Shown: in pieces, positions 47,753 to 57,501 of the stretch
Layout: each line of letters starts with the position of its first letter
Numbering within the stretch: the stretch's first letter is position 1
Origin: a virus
IMG/VR virus record: IMGVR_UViG_3300042898_002514
Strand: one strand, 5' to 3'
DNA: 64,000 nucleotides
Translations under genes and position numbers: made by a program
The notes under the pieces: generated by a model
Database searches by the model: none
Told to the model about the DNA's origin: nothing
What the model saw: the letters and a program-made list of their open reading frames with translations, nothing else

Positions 47753-48051
47753 AACTCGAAGAATTCACCAGTGGGTTACGACTAAGAGAGTTAACACCTC
47801 CTATGCCTGGTGCAGCGGCTCCGGGTGCTAAACCGTCTCCGTTGGGAACATTTGCAGCTGGTGCTGCAGGATCAAAACCTCCAGCTGCCGGTCAGCCACC
47901 GGCCCCAGCAATGGATCCTCAAGCAATGGCCAAACAGCAGGCAGCTCAGGTCAAACAGATGGCCGAACGAAAGAAAGCCATTCAAGAGCAGATTAAAGAA
48001 ATGCAAAAGCAGATTCAAGAACTTACTAAAGAATTGAGCACACTAAAATGA
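47749..48051 (+). CDS. Pro/Ala/Gln-rich hypothetical protein
   Basis: ATGA-coupled; MKLEEF N-terminus. Confidence 0.7.
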   Translation: MKLEEFTSGLRLRELTPPMPGAAAPGAKPSPLGTFAAGAAGSKPPAAGQPPAPAMDPQAMAKQQAAQVKQMAERKKAIQEQIKEMQKQIQELTKELSTLK

Positions 48052-48416
48052 GATTTTTTGAATTTGGCGGAAACTCCGGAATAGAAATTGATCGATTCAT
48101 AATGGTTCTTAGAAACTATATAGGTCGTGCTGCCAGTCAAAAAGCCCCTTCGAAATTAAATTGGAACGGACTCAACAAAGTTTTAGCAATCAACGGATTT
48201 GAGCTTACCGCTGATTATGAAACTTTCAAAGCCATGTACGATTCAAGTCCGGCAGTACAGGCAATGATTTCAAATTTCAATGATGACGGCATTGAGCTCA
48301 AAGTGCCAGGCGCCGGCAGCGAAAAACAAAAACCAGACGGCACCAAAGACAGTCAAGCGGAAGTAGATAAAATTGCAGCCAGTGCTGCCCCACAACAATT
48401 AGCCACCCAGGCTTGA
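48048..48416 (+). CDS. hypothetical protein with MRFFEF N-terminus
   Basis: ATGA-coupled. Confidence 0.75.
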   Translation: MRFFEFGGNSGIEIDRFIMVLRNYIGRAASQKAPSKLNWNGLNKVLAINGFELTADYETFKAMYDSSPAVQAMISNFNDDGIELKVPGAGSEKQKPDGTKDSQAEVDKIAASAAPQQLATQA

Positions 48417-48450
48417 CAACATAATATCTTTACTGTAATATATACAGTAT

Positions 48451-49146
48451 ATGATTATCAACCCACCACCCTTTGTTGAACGTTTCCAATATAAAAATTG
48501 TGTTCAAATCAACGACCCCGTAACACGTAAACGTGTTTACCAAACTCCCGACGGCGAAAGTCTACCCTCAGTGACTACTATATTGAGTGCCACCAAAGAC
48601 ATGACTCATTTGAACGAATGGAAGAAACGAGTAGGAGTTGAAAAAGCACAACAGATTACCACTGAAGCTGCAGGCGTAGGCACAGCCATGCACAGCAATC
48701 TAGAAAGATTCATTGCTGGTATACAACGACAGCCTGGTAACAATCCTGTTCACGTACAGGCTAACAAAATGGCTGATGTTATTATTGAAAATGGATTATC
48801 AAAAGTATCCGAAGTATGGGCTATGGAACAGAGTCTATACTATCCGGGATTGTTTTCAGGTACAACTGATCTAGTTGCAGTACACGATGGAGAGCCCGCA
48901 GTATGCGATTACAAACAGACCAACAAGCCCAAGAAAGCGGAATGGGTAGAAGATTACTACCTACAGCTGATGGCCTATATATTAGCACATAATGAAGTCT
49001 ATGGCACAGACATCAAGAAAGGTGTTATCTTTATGTGTTCACGAGACTTTCAATATCAGCAGTTCACACTAGAACCTACAGACTTCAACAAGTGGCAGGA
49101 TGCCTGGCTCACAAAGGTAGAGGAATACTACAAGCTAGGTAGATAA
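48451..49146 (+). CDS. PD-(D/E)XK exonuclease
   Basis: PSVTTIL, GT.MH, E..L, GTTDL, DYKQ, QL.AY. Confidence 0.88.
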   Translation: MIINPPPFVERFQYKNCVQINDPVTRKRVYQTPDGESLPSVTTILSATKDMTHLNEWKKRVGVEKAQQITTEAAGVGTAMHSNLERFIAGIQRQPGNNPVHVQANKMADVIIENGLSKVSEVWAMEQSLYYPGLFSGTTDLVAVHDGEPAVCDYKQTNKPKKAEWVEDYYLQLMAYILAHNEVYGTDIKKGVIFMCSRDFQYQQFTLEPTDFNKWQDAWLTKVEEYYKLGR

Positions 49147-49175
49147 ATACTCTATAACGCATAGAGGATATCAAA

Positions 49176-51047
49176 GTGGCTGTAATTCAAATCTCGAAAA
49201 TCCAGGTCAGAAGAGGCCAAAAAAATTCAGGCATAGGTGTTCCACAACTGAGTTCAGCAGAATTTGCCTGGGCTGTTGACAGTCAAGAACTATTCATAGG
49301 CAACGGCAGTGTTGCTGAAGGTGCCCCGGCAGTGGGCAACACCAAAGTCCTTACTGAACACGATAATATTTTAGAATTGGCCGCCAGCTATAGATTTGCT
49401 GCCGATGATAATTCAATTACTCTCAGTATTGCTCGTGGATTGCAGTCTAAAATAGATGAGATACAGGTCAGTGTGGTAGATTTTGGTGCAATACCAGACG
49501 GATCAACTGACAGCACTCTAGCATTTACCACGGCCATTGATGAACTGTTTAAAAATTCCAACGATAAATTTAAAAAAATATTGGCTGTGCCAAATGGTGT
49601 GTATCTTTTTCTTGATGATCTAATTATACCTAGCAATGTGTTGATCAAGGGAGAAAATTCACAAGAAACAGTTCTAGAAATAGGAGATAACAATATTATC
49701 TTCCAAGACATCTCCGGTAGACCGCAAGGCATTGTGATAGAAAATTTAACCATTAATCATAACGATGGTCAAACAGTCATAACCGGTTCACAGGAATGTA
49801 AATTCAAAAGTGTTAAATGGCAATCTGGATATGTGTTAGGTGATGCTGTGTTTGTGCCGGAAAATGCCAGTTGTTTGTACAACATACCCACAATGAGTAT
49901 AGGTGGTAACGTCATAGTATCGGGCAGCGGAGTGAGTTCAACTATCAACACTGCCTTTACCAGTACTTTTGCCAACACCCTAGGCATAGCAGTAGGAACA
50001 TTAAATGCTGATGCCACATTTAGTGCAAACTTTGAAGCTGTTGTGGTAGGCGGTAGTATTAAAATTAGTTCCAAGTCAGATGCAACATTGGCCGCAACAG
50101 TGCAATCTAATTTCACAGTGACCAGCTTGTCTTCGGGCAGCGGCAGTACCAGCACTATTACTCCAGTGCTGGCAGAATTCACAGATGGGTCTGCCAATGT
50201 AACTGCATCAGTATTTTGGGAAAATAACTTGTTTGGCACCAGAGTCAACAAACTGGTGTTTGAAGATTGCAAATGGCATTCAACACCATTGGCAGTGGAA
50301 TGCCAACAGACTGTGTCATTTGATTCAGTAGTGGATTTTGAACACTGTGAATTTTTTGTCTGTGATACAGGAATATATATTGGCGGTGTTGTTGGTCAGG
50401 GAAATCTTTGGCACATTGACGACTGTCACTTTGAAGAAGTGGCCAATCAAGCATTCATTAGTACTCAAGGAAGAGGAACACAGTTTCAAAGATCTAGATT
50501 CACCAACTGTGGCAACAACACCAACAGTGCGTCTTCACCATATACTAGTATAGTGTCATTTGGTGAATCCTTCGGCAACACATTGGTAAACTGTTCCAGC
50601 AATCGACATCAAGAATCTGGAATTGTCAGTGTGACTACTGCAGATACTAGAGTGGAATTTGAAAATGCTAGCTCAGCCAGCCTAGTGGATAGAAACTACA
50701 GCGAACTATATCTCAGTGATGCACCAAGACCATTGGCTGTGTTCAGTGCATACAACAACTACATTTATGTTGATTACACTTTGAGATTAGGTCAGCACGT
50801 AAGGACCGGACAAGTTGTCATAGTGATTAACACATTTAACACTGACATAGAAATTTCAGATACATATACCTATTCGGGAGGAGGAATTGTTATGACAGGA
50901 TTCGAATTTTTTGCAGAACTAAAAAACAACAGCAACTATGATGATTCAGCTGGACCAAATAATGACACCCTACTTCTTAAATATCAAAACCCATTAATTT
51001 CTGGTGCTATTGGTTCAATCGAATATAATATTACCTACGGTGTTTGA
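49176..51047 (+). CDS. tail fibre/spike-like protein with pectate-lyase-type beta-helix
   Basis: IQVRRG...E..W..D...LFIGNG N-domain; SVVDFGA..DG.TD.T.AF beta-helix cap. Confidence 0.75.
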   Translation: MAVIQISKIQVRRGQKNSGIGVPQLSSAEFAWAVDSQELFIGNGSVAEGAPAVGNTKVLTEHDNILELAASYRFAADDNSITLSIARGLQSKIDEIQVSVVDFGAIPDGSTDSTLAFTTAIDELFKNSNDKFKKILAVPNGVYLFLDDLIIPSNVLIKGENSQETVLEIGDNNIIFQDISGRPQGIVIENLTINHNDGQTVITGSQECKFKSVKWQSGYVLGDAVFVPENASCLYNIPTMSIGGNVIVSGSGVSSTINTAFTSTFANTLGIAVGTLNADATFSANFEAVVVGGSIKISSKSDATLAATVQSNFTVTSLSSGSGSTSTITPVLAEFTDGSANVTASVFWENNLFGTRVNKLVFEDCKWHSTPLAVECQQTVSFDSVVDFEHCEFFVCDTGIYIGGVVGQGNLWHIDDCHFEEVANQAFISTQGRGTQFQRSRFTNCGNNTNSASSPYTSIVSFGESFGNTLVNCSSNRHQESGIVSVTTADTRVEFENASSASLVDRNYSELYLSDAPRPLAVFSAYNNYIYVDYTLRLGQHVRTGQVVIVINTFNTDIEISDTYTYSGGGIVMTGFEFFAELKNNSNYDDSAGPNNDTLLLKYQNPLISGAIGSIEYNITYGV

Positions 51048-51462
51048 TCTATACAACAATGATAGATTAATAAAATGGAAACAATTTCGTGATAGCATAG
51101 AAACTAGCCAAACTCCACTAGAGGATGTTGCACATCTTTGGAGTCGAGCACCATTTGTTAGTCATTATCTCAACCCCCTTACTCCGGACAAGTGGCCGGA
51201 TCCTTGGCATCTAGTTTTAAATTCTAAACTAGATGAGCTTGCTATTGTTCTTGGAATGCTGTATACTTTAAAGTTAACACAGCGGTTTATAGCAAGTCGA
51301 TTTGAGATACATATGTCTACAATGGAAGCCAGTAGGTACAGTAAATATTTTTTGGTAGTAGACAATCACGTTTTAAACCTGGAATATGGGTGTGTTTTGT
51401 CAACTGTTGAATTAAGCGGAGTTGAAACCAGCATCATCTGGACAAATAACAGTAACAAATAA
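51040..51462 (+). CDS. hypothetical protein
   Basis: GTG start overlapping the upstream gene; WPDPW motif. Confidence 0.7.
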   Translation: MFDLYNNDRLIKWKQFRDSIETSQTPLEDVAHLWSRAPFVSHYLNPLTPDKWPDPWHLVLNSKLDELAIVLGMLYTLKLTQRFIASRFEIHMSTMEASRYSKYFLVVDNHVLNLEYGCVLSTVELSGVETSIIWTNNSNK

Positions 51463-51496
51463 ATATCAGATCGCAAAGAATAACGTAGAGAAAACA

Positions 51497-53830
51497 ATGA
51501 CAATAACGGTGATTAAACGCAATGGGCAAAGAGAACAGTTGACACTGGAAAAATGGCAGACACAGATTGCAAAAGTATGTAGAGGAATAGCCGATGTCAG
51601 TCAGAGCATGATTGAAATCAAAGCCCAGCCACATTTTTACGATGGAATCACCACACAAGAAATAGATGGCATCACGCTGAGAGCTATTGTGGATTTGATT
51701 GATGTAGAATCAAATCCAGATGTTGGACATGTTAACTATCAATATGTAGCAGGCAAGCAACGTTTAAGTATGTTGCGTAAGGATGTTTATGGCTCCTACG
51801 AGCCTCCCCACCTCTACGAGATTGTAAAAACCAATGTGGCCACTGGTTTGTACACAGCTGAATTATTGACTTGGTACAACGAAGAAGATTGGAACAAGAT
51901 GAATGACATGCTGGATCATTCTAAAGATGAAGAATATGGGTATGCTGCCATCGAGCAGTTGATTGAAAAATATTTGGTCAAGAATCGTGCCACAAAGGAA
52001 ACTTATGAAACTCCACAAATTAGATACATGGTCGCGGCCGCTACTGTATTTCACCGAGAAGAACAGAATGCATCGAGAATGCGCTACATCAAAGAATATT
52101 ACACAGCAGCTAGTGACGGCTTGTTTACTCTTGCTACTCCTGTGCTCGCTGGTCTTGGGACTCCTACTAAACAGTTTAGTAGTTGCGTACTTATCAGGAG
52201 TGACGATGATCTGGACAGTATATTTGCTTCAGGTGAAATGATGGCCAAGTATGCCAGCAAGCGAGCAGGCATTGGTTTGGAGATAGGACGATTGCGTCCA
52301 CTAGGCAGTCCCATCCGTGGTGGTGAGATTATGCACACAGGTATGATACCTTTCCTGAAAAAATGGTTCGGCGACCTAAGAAGTTGCAGTCAAGGAGGTA
52401 TTCGTAATGCAAGTGCTACTGTTTTTTATCCTATTTGGCATCATCAGTTTGATGATCTTATTGTGCTTAAAAACAACCAAGGAACAGAAGAAACCCGAGT
52501 CCGTCATATGGATTATGGGGTTGTGCTTAGTGCTTTCTTCTGGAGACGATTTAAAAACAAAGAACAAATAACGTTCTTTGATCCCAACCAAGTACCAGAC
52601 TTATACGAAGCGTTTTATCAAAACACAGAACGCTTCGAAGAGCTCTACGTAAAGTACGAAAAACGCAAAGACCTGCGTACCAAGACCATGAGTGCCGAAG
52701 AAGTTTTCAAGAGTGGTATACTGAAAGAACGCACAGACACAGGTCGAATATATCTTGTATTCATTGATAATGTAATGAATCAAGGACCATTTGATCCTGA
52801 GTATCATACGATTTATCAAAGTAACTTGTGTTGTGAGATCCTATTACCCACCCGTTCATTTAAGAGATTAGACGACGAGGATGGCCGCATAGCGTTATGT
52901 ACACTGGGATCTATCAACTGGGGAGCGTTCCGGAACCCGGAGGATATGCGTAGAGCCTGCAGGATTCTACAGCGTAGCCTGTGTAACATTCTTGACTATC
53001 AAGACTTCTTATCAATACAAAGTAAATTAAGTAATGATGAGATACAGCCCCTAGGCATTGGCATTACTAATCTAGCCTATTGGCACGCCAAGCGTTCATT
53101 GAAGTACGGGGAACAGGATGCATTGGCAGAAGTCAAAACCTGGATGGAGCATCAGGCCTACTATCTCACAGAAGCCACAGTTGAACTGGCCAAGGAACGT
53201 GGACCTTGTTTAGAGAGTGCCAAAACACGTTACGGACAAGGTGTGTTTCCCTGGGAACTGCGGGCTAAGGGAGTCAACGAACTAGCAGACTTTACGCCTG
53301 AACTTGATTGGGAAGCACTACGTACGAATATGAAAGAACACGGTGTTCGTAATGCCACCTTGATGGCGGTAGCACCTGTTGAATCAAGCTCAGTGGTAAT
53401 TGATTCAACTAACGGCATTGAAATGCCAATGAGCTTGATCAGCACTAAAGAATCAAAGGCAGGATCGTTTACGCAGGTTGTTCCAGAATATAATAGATTA
53501 AAAAACAAATATCAATTGATGTGGGAACAAAAAGACTGCGATGGTTATTTGAAAACAGCGGCTGTTATTGCTGCTTATGTTGATCAATCAATTTCAACTA
53601 ACACATTCTATAATCCTGCACATTTTCCAGAACGCAAAGTTCCAACAACCCTGATTGCTAAGAATTTGATGCAGGCACATATGTGGGGATTAAAAACATT
53701 CTACTATAGCTTGATTAACAAAGCAGGAAGCAAAATGCAAGAAGAACAATTAGTGGTGCAAGTAAACGGACACACAAATTCTGTAAATGGATATGAAATA
53801 GAAGAGGACTGCGAGGCCTGTAAATTATGA
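51497..53830 (+). CDS. nrdA: ribonucleotide reductase class Ia alpha subunit
   Basis: ATP cone VIKRNG, QFSSCVL, SNLCCEI, C-terminal CEAC. Confidence 0.97.
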   Translation: MTITVIKRNGQREQLTLEKWQTQIAKVCRGIADVSQSMIEIKAQPHFYDGITTQEIDGITLRAIVDLIDVESNPDVGHVNYQYVAGKQRLSMLRKDVYGSYEPPHLYEIVKTNVATGLYTAELLTWYNEEDWNKMNDMLDHSKDEEYGYAAIEQLIEKYLVKNRATKETYETPQIRYMVAAATVFHREEQNASRMRYIKEYYTAASDGLFTLATPVLAGLGTPTKQFSSCVLIRSDDDLDSIFASGEMMAKYASKRAGIGLEIGRLRPLGSPIRGGEIMHTGMIPFLKKWFGDLRSCSQGGIRNASATVFYPIWHHQFDDLIVLKNNQGTEETRVRHMDYGVVLSAFFWRRFKNKEQITFFDPNQVPDLYEAFYQNTERFEELYVKYEKRKDLRTKTMSAEEVFKSGILKERTDTGRIYLVFIDNVMNQGPFDPEYHTIYQSNLCCEILLPTRSFKRLDDEDGRIALCTLGSINWGAFRNPEDMRRACRILQRSLCNILDYQDFLSIQSKLSNDEIQPLGIGITNLAYWHAKRSLKYGEQDALAEVKTWMEHQAYYLTEATVELAKERGPCLESAKTRYGQGVFPWELRAKGVNELADFTPELDWEALRTNMKEHGVRNATLMAVAPVESSSVVIDSTNGIEMPMSLISTKESKAGSFTQVVPEYNRLKNKYQLMWEQKDCDGYLKTAAVIAAYVDQSISTNTFYNPAHFPERKVPTTLIAKNLMQAHMWGLKTFYYSLINKAGSKMQEEQLVVQVNGHTNSVNGYEIEEDCEACKL

Positions 53831-54015
53831 CAACACAAAATATTGGACAACAAATAGAAAACATTAAAGCAGCGTTGGAAACAATAAATTCTTTAATGGC
53901 TGAACTTCATCCCAACAATGTTGAGATAAGAATCGTATACAAAGAACCCGATAATGGAGAACCTCCAAGACTAGATCTCTGGAGGGCTGTAGCACACGTG
54001 GATTACTTAAAATGA
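53827..54015 (+). CDS. hypothetical protein between nrdA and nrdB
   Basis: ATGA overlaps at both ends. Confidence 0.7.
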   Translation: MTTQNIGQQIENIKAALETINSLMAELHPNNVEIRIVYKEPDNGEPPRLDLWRAVAHVDYLK

Positions 54016-55112
54016 GTAAACAACAATACAACCTAAACACAAAGACAGACTACCTTAATCGCAAGATGTTTTTGGATCCAGCTGGGCCTGTGACCATACA
54101 GAGATTTGAAGAAGTCAAATACAAAAAAATTGCCGACTTTGAAGCAACAGCACGTGGCTTCTTTTGGCAACCAGAAGAGATCAGTCTTACCAAAGATTCA
54201 AACGACTTCAAAGACGCCAGCGATGCTGTCAAGCATATCTTTACCAGCAACTTGTTACGCCAAACAGCCTTAGACAGTTTACAAGGACGTGGCCCAAGTC
54301 AAATCTTTATGCCTGTAATATCTTTGCCAGAACTAGAAGCACTAGTATACAACTGGACATTTTTTGAAACCAACATACATAGCAAGAGTTATAGCCACAT
54401 CATTCGCAACATCTACAATGTACCCAAAGATGTGTTTAACACCATACATGACACTAAAGAAATTGTAGACATGGCATCAAGTGTGGGCAACTACTATGAA
54501 GCACTTCACGTTATCAATTGTCGTAAACAGCTAGGCGAGACAGTTACAGAGAAAGAACACATCCGAGCAATATGGATGGCCTTACACGCAAGTTATGCTC
54601 TTGAGGCATTCCGTTTTATGGTTAGTTTTGCTACTAGTTTAGCAATGGTAGAGAATAAAATCTTTATGGGCAATGGTAATATTATTCAATTAATTCTACA
54701 AGACGAGTTGTTACACAAGGGATGGACTGCCTATTTGATCAACCAAGTGGTCAAAGAGGACACACGGTTTGTTGAAGCCAAACAAGAATGCGAAGCAGAA
54801 GTGTATCAACTGTACATGGATGTGATACGTGAAGAAAAAGATTGGGCCACATACCTGTTTAAGATGGGACCAGTTATTGGACTCAACGCTAATATCCTAC
54901 GTGATTTTGTGGACTACACAGCAGTAGATGCACTAAAACAAATTGGTATCAAGTACCAGGCGACAGCGCCTAAGTCAACTCCGATCCCTTGGTTTAACAA
55001 GCACACTGATACTAGCAAGAAACAAACAGCACTACAAGAAAGTGAAAGCACAAATTATGTCATTGGCATAATGGGAGAAAGCCTAGATTACGATGAGCTA
55101 CCGGCCATCTAG
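54012..55112 (+). CDS. nrdB: ribonucleotide reductase class Ia beta subunit
   Basis: FWQPEE, LDSLQ, E..IHS.SY, LEAFRF..SF, DE.LH. Confidence 0.97.
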   Translation: MSKQQYNLNTKTDYLNRKMFLDPAGPVTIQRFEEVKYKKIADFEATARGFFWQPEEISLTKDSNDFKDASDAVKHIFTSNLLRQTALDSLQGRGPSQIFMPVISLPELEALVYNWTFFETNIHSKSYSHIIRNIYNVPKDVFNTIHDTKEIVDMASSVGNYYEALHVINCRKQLGETVTEKEHIRAIWMALHASYALEAFRFMVSFATSLAMVENKIFMGNGNIIQLILQDELLHKGWTAYLINQVVKEDTRFVEAKQECEAEVYQLYMDVIREEKDWATYLFKMGPVIGLNANILRDFVDYTAVDALKQIGIKYQATAPKSTPIPWFNKHTDTSKKQTALQESESTNYVIGIMGESLDYDELPAI

Positions 55113-55120
55113 GAATATAT

Positions 55121-55288
55121 ATGTACAAGGTACAATTTAAAAGTAAAAGTCCTTTTGAATCTTGGAATTCTATAGGCGGTGCTGGCACCGAATCTCAGGC
55201 CATTTCTATGGCCCTGGCCAAAAAAGCTAAAGGTGCTATACTGGTTAGAGTCCTTGATAAAAAAGGCAGAGTTATATATTCAAGTTAA
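55121..55288 (+). CDS. 55-aa hypothetical protein
   Basis: AGGA RBS; MYKVQFKSKSPFESW... Confidence 0.6.
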   Translation: MYKVQFKSKSPFESWNSIGGAGTESQAISMALAKKAKGAILVRVLDKKGRVIYSS

Positions 55289-55290
55289 TT

Positions 55291-55743
55291 ATGAAAACAC
55301 TAAGAGAATACATTAACCTCATTGAAGGTAAAATTGACGATAGCTGGTTTAAAGATGGGGCATTTAAAACTTTTAAGAAGCCAATTCCAGTGCCGTATAC
55401 CATTGCCGACAGTGATGGAGTTACACAAACATTGGAAGGTCCAGTAGAGCATAAGGCAGGACATTATATCATGGGTCCGGGTCCTAAGAAAGAATTTTGG
55501 CCTTTGGATCCTGAAAATTTTCATGACAAATACGACGACAATCATGACGGTACAGGAACCCCTAAGGGTGGTGTAATCAAAATAGCTAAGTTGGCTGATC
55601 ACGATGGCGTTATTAAAGCCACGTGGGGCAACTTGGAATATACCGCAGGCAATGATGTTATTGTGCGTCACGGCGAAGGAGACTATGGTGCTGTGAAAAA
55701 AGACATCTTCCAACAGACATATGACACAAAGGAAATAAAATGA
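55291..55743 (+). CDS. hypothetical protein (PGDYG-like internal duplication)
   Basis: TLEG...AGHYI and TWG...AGNDVI...GDYG repeats; MKTLREY N-terminus. Confidence 0.7.
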   Translation: MKTLREYINLIEGKIDDSWFKDGAFKTFKKPIPVPYTIADSDGVTQTLEGPVEHKAGHYIMGPGPKKEFWPLDPENFHDKYDDNHDGTGTPKGGVIKIAKLADHDGVIKATWGNLEYTAGNDVIVRHGEGDYGAVKKDIFQQTYDTKEIK

Positions 55744-55967
55744 AAGCAACAGTATGGTCAAAGTACCATTGCCCCTATTGTGACCAGGCCAAGGCCTTGT
55801 TAAAACAACGAGGTATTCCGTTCGAAGAAAAGAAAATTGGAGACGGATATACTCGAGAAGAACTATTGGAAGCTGTTCCAACAGCACGAACAGTTCCGCA
55901 GATTTTTATCGGCGAAGAACTGATTGGTGGATTTACAGAACTTAAAGCACATTTAGAAAAGGTATAA
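55740..55967 (+). CDS. glutaredoxin
   Basis: CPYC, TVPQIFI, IGGF. Confidence 0.95.
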   Translation: MKATVWSKYHCPYCDQAKALLKQRGIPFEEKKIGDGYTREELLEAVPTARTVPQIFIGEELIGGFTELKAHLEKV

Positions 55968-55968
55968 A

Positions 55969-56259
55969 ATGTTAATTAATAAAGGCGTATCAGCAGGCGA
56001 AGTAATCACTCTTAAACTCACAAGTGGTGAAGAAATTGTTGCCAAGTTAGTAGAAGACGGTGCAGTTTATTATAAACTAAAAAATCCGCAAGTAATTGGT
56101 ATGGGGCCAAAAGGTCCAGGTTTAATGCCTTACCTGTTTACAGTCAATCCGGATACTGAAGTTAAACTACAAAAATCAACTGTTACTGTAGCCGAAGCAA
56201 CAGATTCACAGTTTGCCAAACAATTTCTTGAATCAACTACTGGCATTGCGTTGGCCTAA
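55969..56259 (+). CDS. hypothetical protein (Sm-like)
   Basis: LKLTSGEEIVA motif. Confidence 0.7.
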   Translation: MLINKGVSAGEVITLKLTSGEEIVAKLVEDGAVYYKLKNPQVIGMGPKGPGLMPYLFTVNPDTEVKLQKSTVTVAEATDSQFAKQFLESTTGIALA

Positions 56260-56263
56260 TAGT

Positions 56264-56527
56264 ATGCCAGGCGTAGCAAGAGTCAATGTAGACAACTGTG
56301 GGGGGCTAGTTATTGAAGCACTGGTTCCTTCGGTAATAGTCAATAATGCTCCTATATCCGTAACTGCTGCATCAGTAGAAGGTCATGGCAGTGGTGAACA
56401 TGGTGGTCCTAAAACACAGGCTGCAAGTGGGAATGTGTTTGCTGGGAACAAACCAGTTAACCGTCAGGGAGATGCCTGCACCTGTGGCGACCCATTGACT
56501 GGGTCGTCAAATGTCTTTGCTAATTAA
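56264..56527 (+). CDS. PAAR-domain spike tip protein
   Basis: MPGVAR, NNAP, H...H, R.GD..TCG...GSSNVF. Confidence 0.85.
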   Translation: MPGVARVNVDNCGGLVIEALVPSVIVNNAPISVTAASVEGHGSGEHGGPKTQAASGNVFAGNKPVNRQGDACTCGDPLTGSSNVFAN

Positions 56528-56532
56528 ATAAT

Positions 56533-56952
56533 ATGATTAAATTAAAAAAAGCGTTCTTTTTTGTTCTAGGCTGTCTTTGCCTAGTAATGGCATACATTGG
56601 AGTTATAACTCCGGGTATTCCTTATAGTCCCTTTGTGGTTGCAAGTGCTTTTTGTTTTGCAAGAAGTTCAGAACGTATGCATAACTGGATTATGAATCAC
56701 AAGCTGTTTGGACCTTTCCTACGCAATTGGTCAGAGAAACGTGTATTTCCACAAAAGATGAAATATCTTATGATTGGCATGATGTCGTTGAGTTTGATCT
56801 TAATGAGTATTGGGACAGTGCCATTGCGTGGTGTTATCTATACAGGTATCTTTATGGCTCTCGTAGCTGTATGGGCCTGGAGATATCCCAGTACCCCAGA
56901 AGAATATGATCGAAGAAAAGAAACAGGAGAAAAAATAGCATGGCTAAAATAA
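56533..56952 (+). CDS. YbaN/DUF454 family membrane protein
   Basis: IG...PG.P..PF.......FARSS.R.H.W...H..FGP. Confidence 0.85.
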   Translation: MIKLKKAFFFVLGCLCLVMAYIGVITPGIPYSPFVVASAFCFARSSERMHNWIMNHKLFGPFLRNWSEKRVFPQKMKYLMIGMMSLSLILMSIGTVPLRGVIYTGIFMALVAVWAWRYPSTPEEYDRRKETGEKIAWLK

Positions 56953-57191
56953 CTCTTGATGAACTTGTGGATATTGCTTTTGCACACGAAGAAGGCGACC
57001 CGTTTGACTGGGGAGTATTTTCCAAAGGCCAAGAGCAGACCATGCGAATGATAGGCTCTAGTATTCTAGAACAGTTTGACAAAGAAACAATTACAGATGC
57101 GGATAGATTAATCATGCTGGCCACTATCACTAAACTGGTCACTGAGAATATGATCTTACACACTAGATTGATGAAACAAAATGAAATGTGA
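56940..57191 (+). CDS. hypothetical protein
   Basis: AGGAG RBS. Confidence 0.7.
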   Translation: MAKITLDELVDIAFAHEEGDPFDWGVFSKGQEQTMRMIGSSILEQFDKETITDADRLIMLATITKLVTENMILHTRLMKQNEM

Positions 57192-57489
57192 ACAAGGCGA
57201 TCTTGCCAAAATTATCATGAGCATACGGCCTACCAACATAGGCAAAACTGTGTTGGTGGATGAGTATGTGGGACATTTTACGCAAGGTGAGGAATTTCAG
57301 TTTAAGGGAATTGCCTGCAAGGCTGCTATTACAGATCACTTTTGGTGGATAGCCACAGAATTTGGATTGAGTAATATGTACGGAGATACTCCAAAGGCCT
57401 ACATTCCAGATTCCTGGTTAGAACCTATTCGTCCTATGAAAGAAGTCCAAAAGCAACAAGAAGACATTGACTTAACTGTTAAAATGTAG
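57181..57489 (+). CDS. hypothetical protein
   Basis: MKCEQGDLA...DSWLEPIR. Confidence 0.75.
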   Translation: MKCEQGDLAKIIMSIRPTNIGKTVLVDEYVGHFTQGEEFQFKGIACKAAITDHFWWIATEFGLSNMYGDTPKAYIPDSWLEPIRPMKEVQKQQEDIDLTVKM

Positions 57490-57501
57490 TTAAATATAAG
57501 T

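Noticed and set aside
48451-49146. Cas4 assignment for the PD-(D/E)XK nuclease
   Set aside because: It lacks the four-Cys Fe-S cluster; an ordinary phage exonuclease fits better
51497-55112. Intron, intein or homing nuclease in nrdA/nrdB
   Set aside because: Both frames are continuous and of normal length; the 62-aa intervening ORF has no nuclease motif
55300-55887. Long antisense ORFs (e.g. 55300-55887, 29706-30197, 49769-50272)
   Set aside because: Shadows of well-supported genes on the opposite strand, with no RBS or motif
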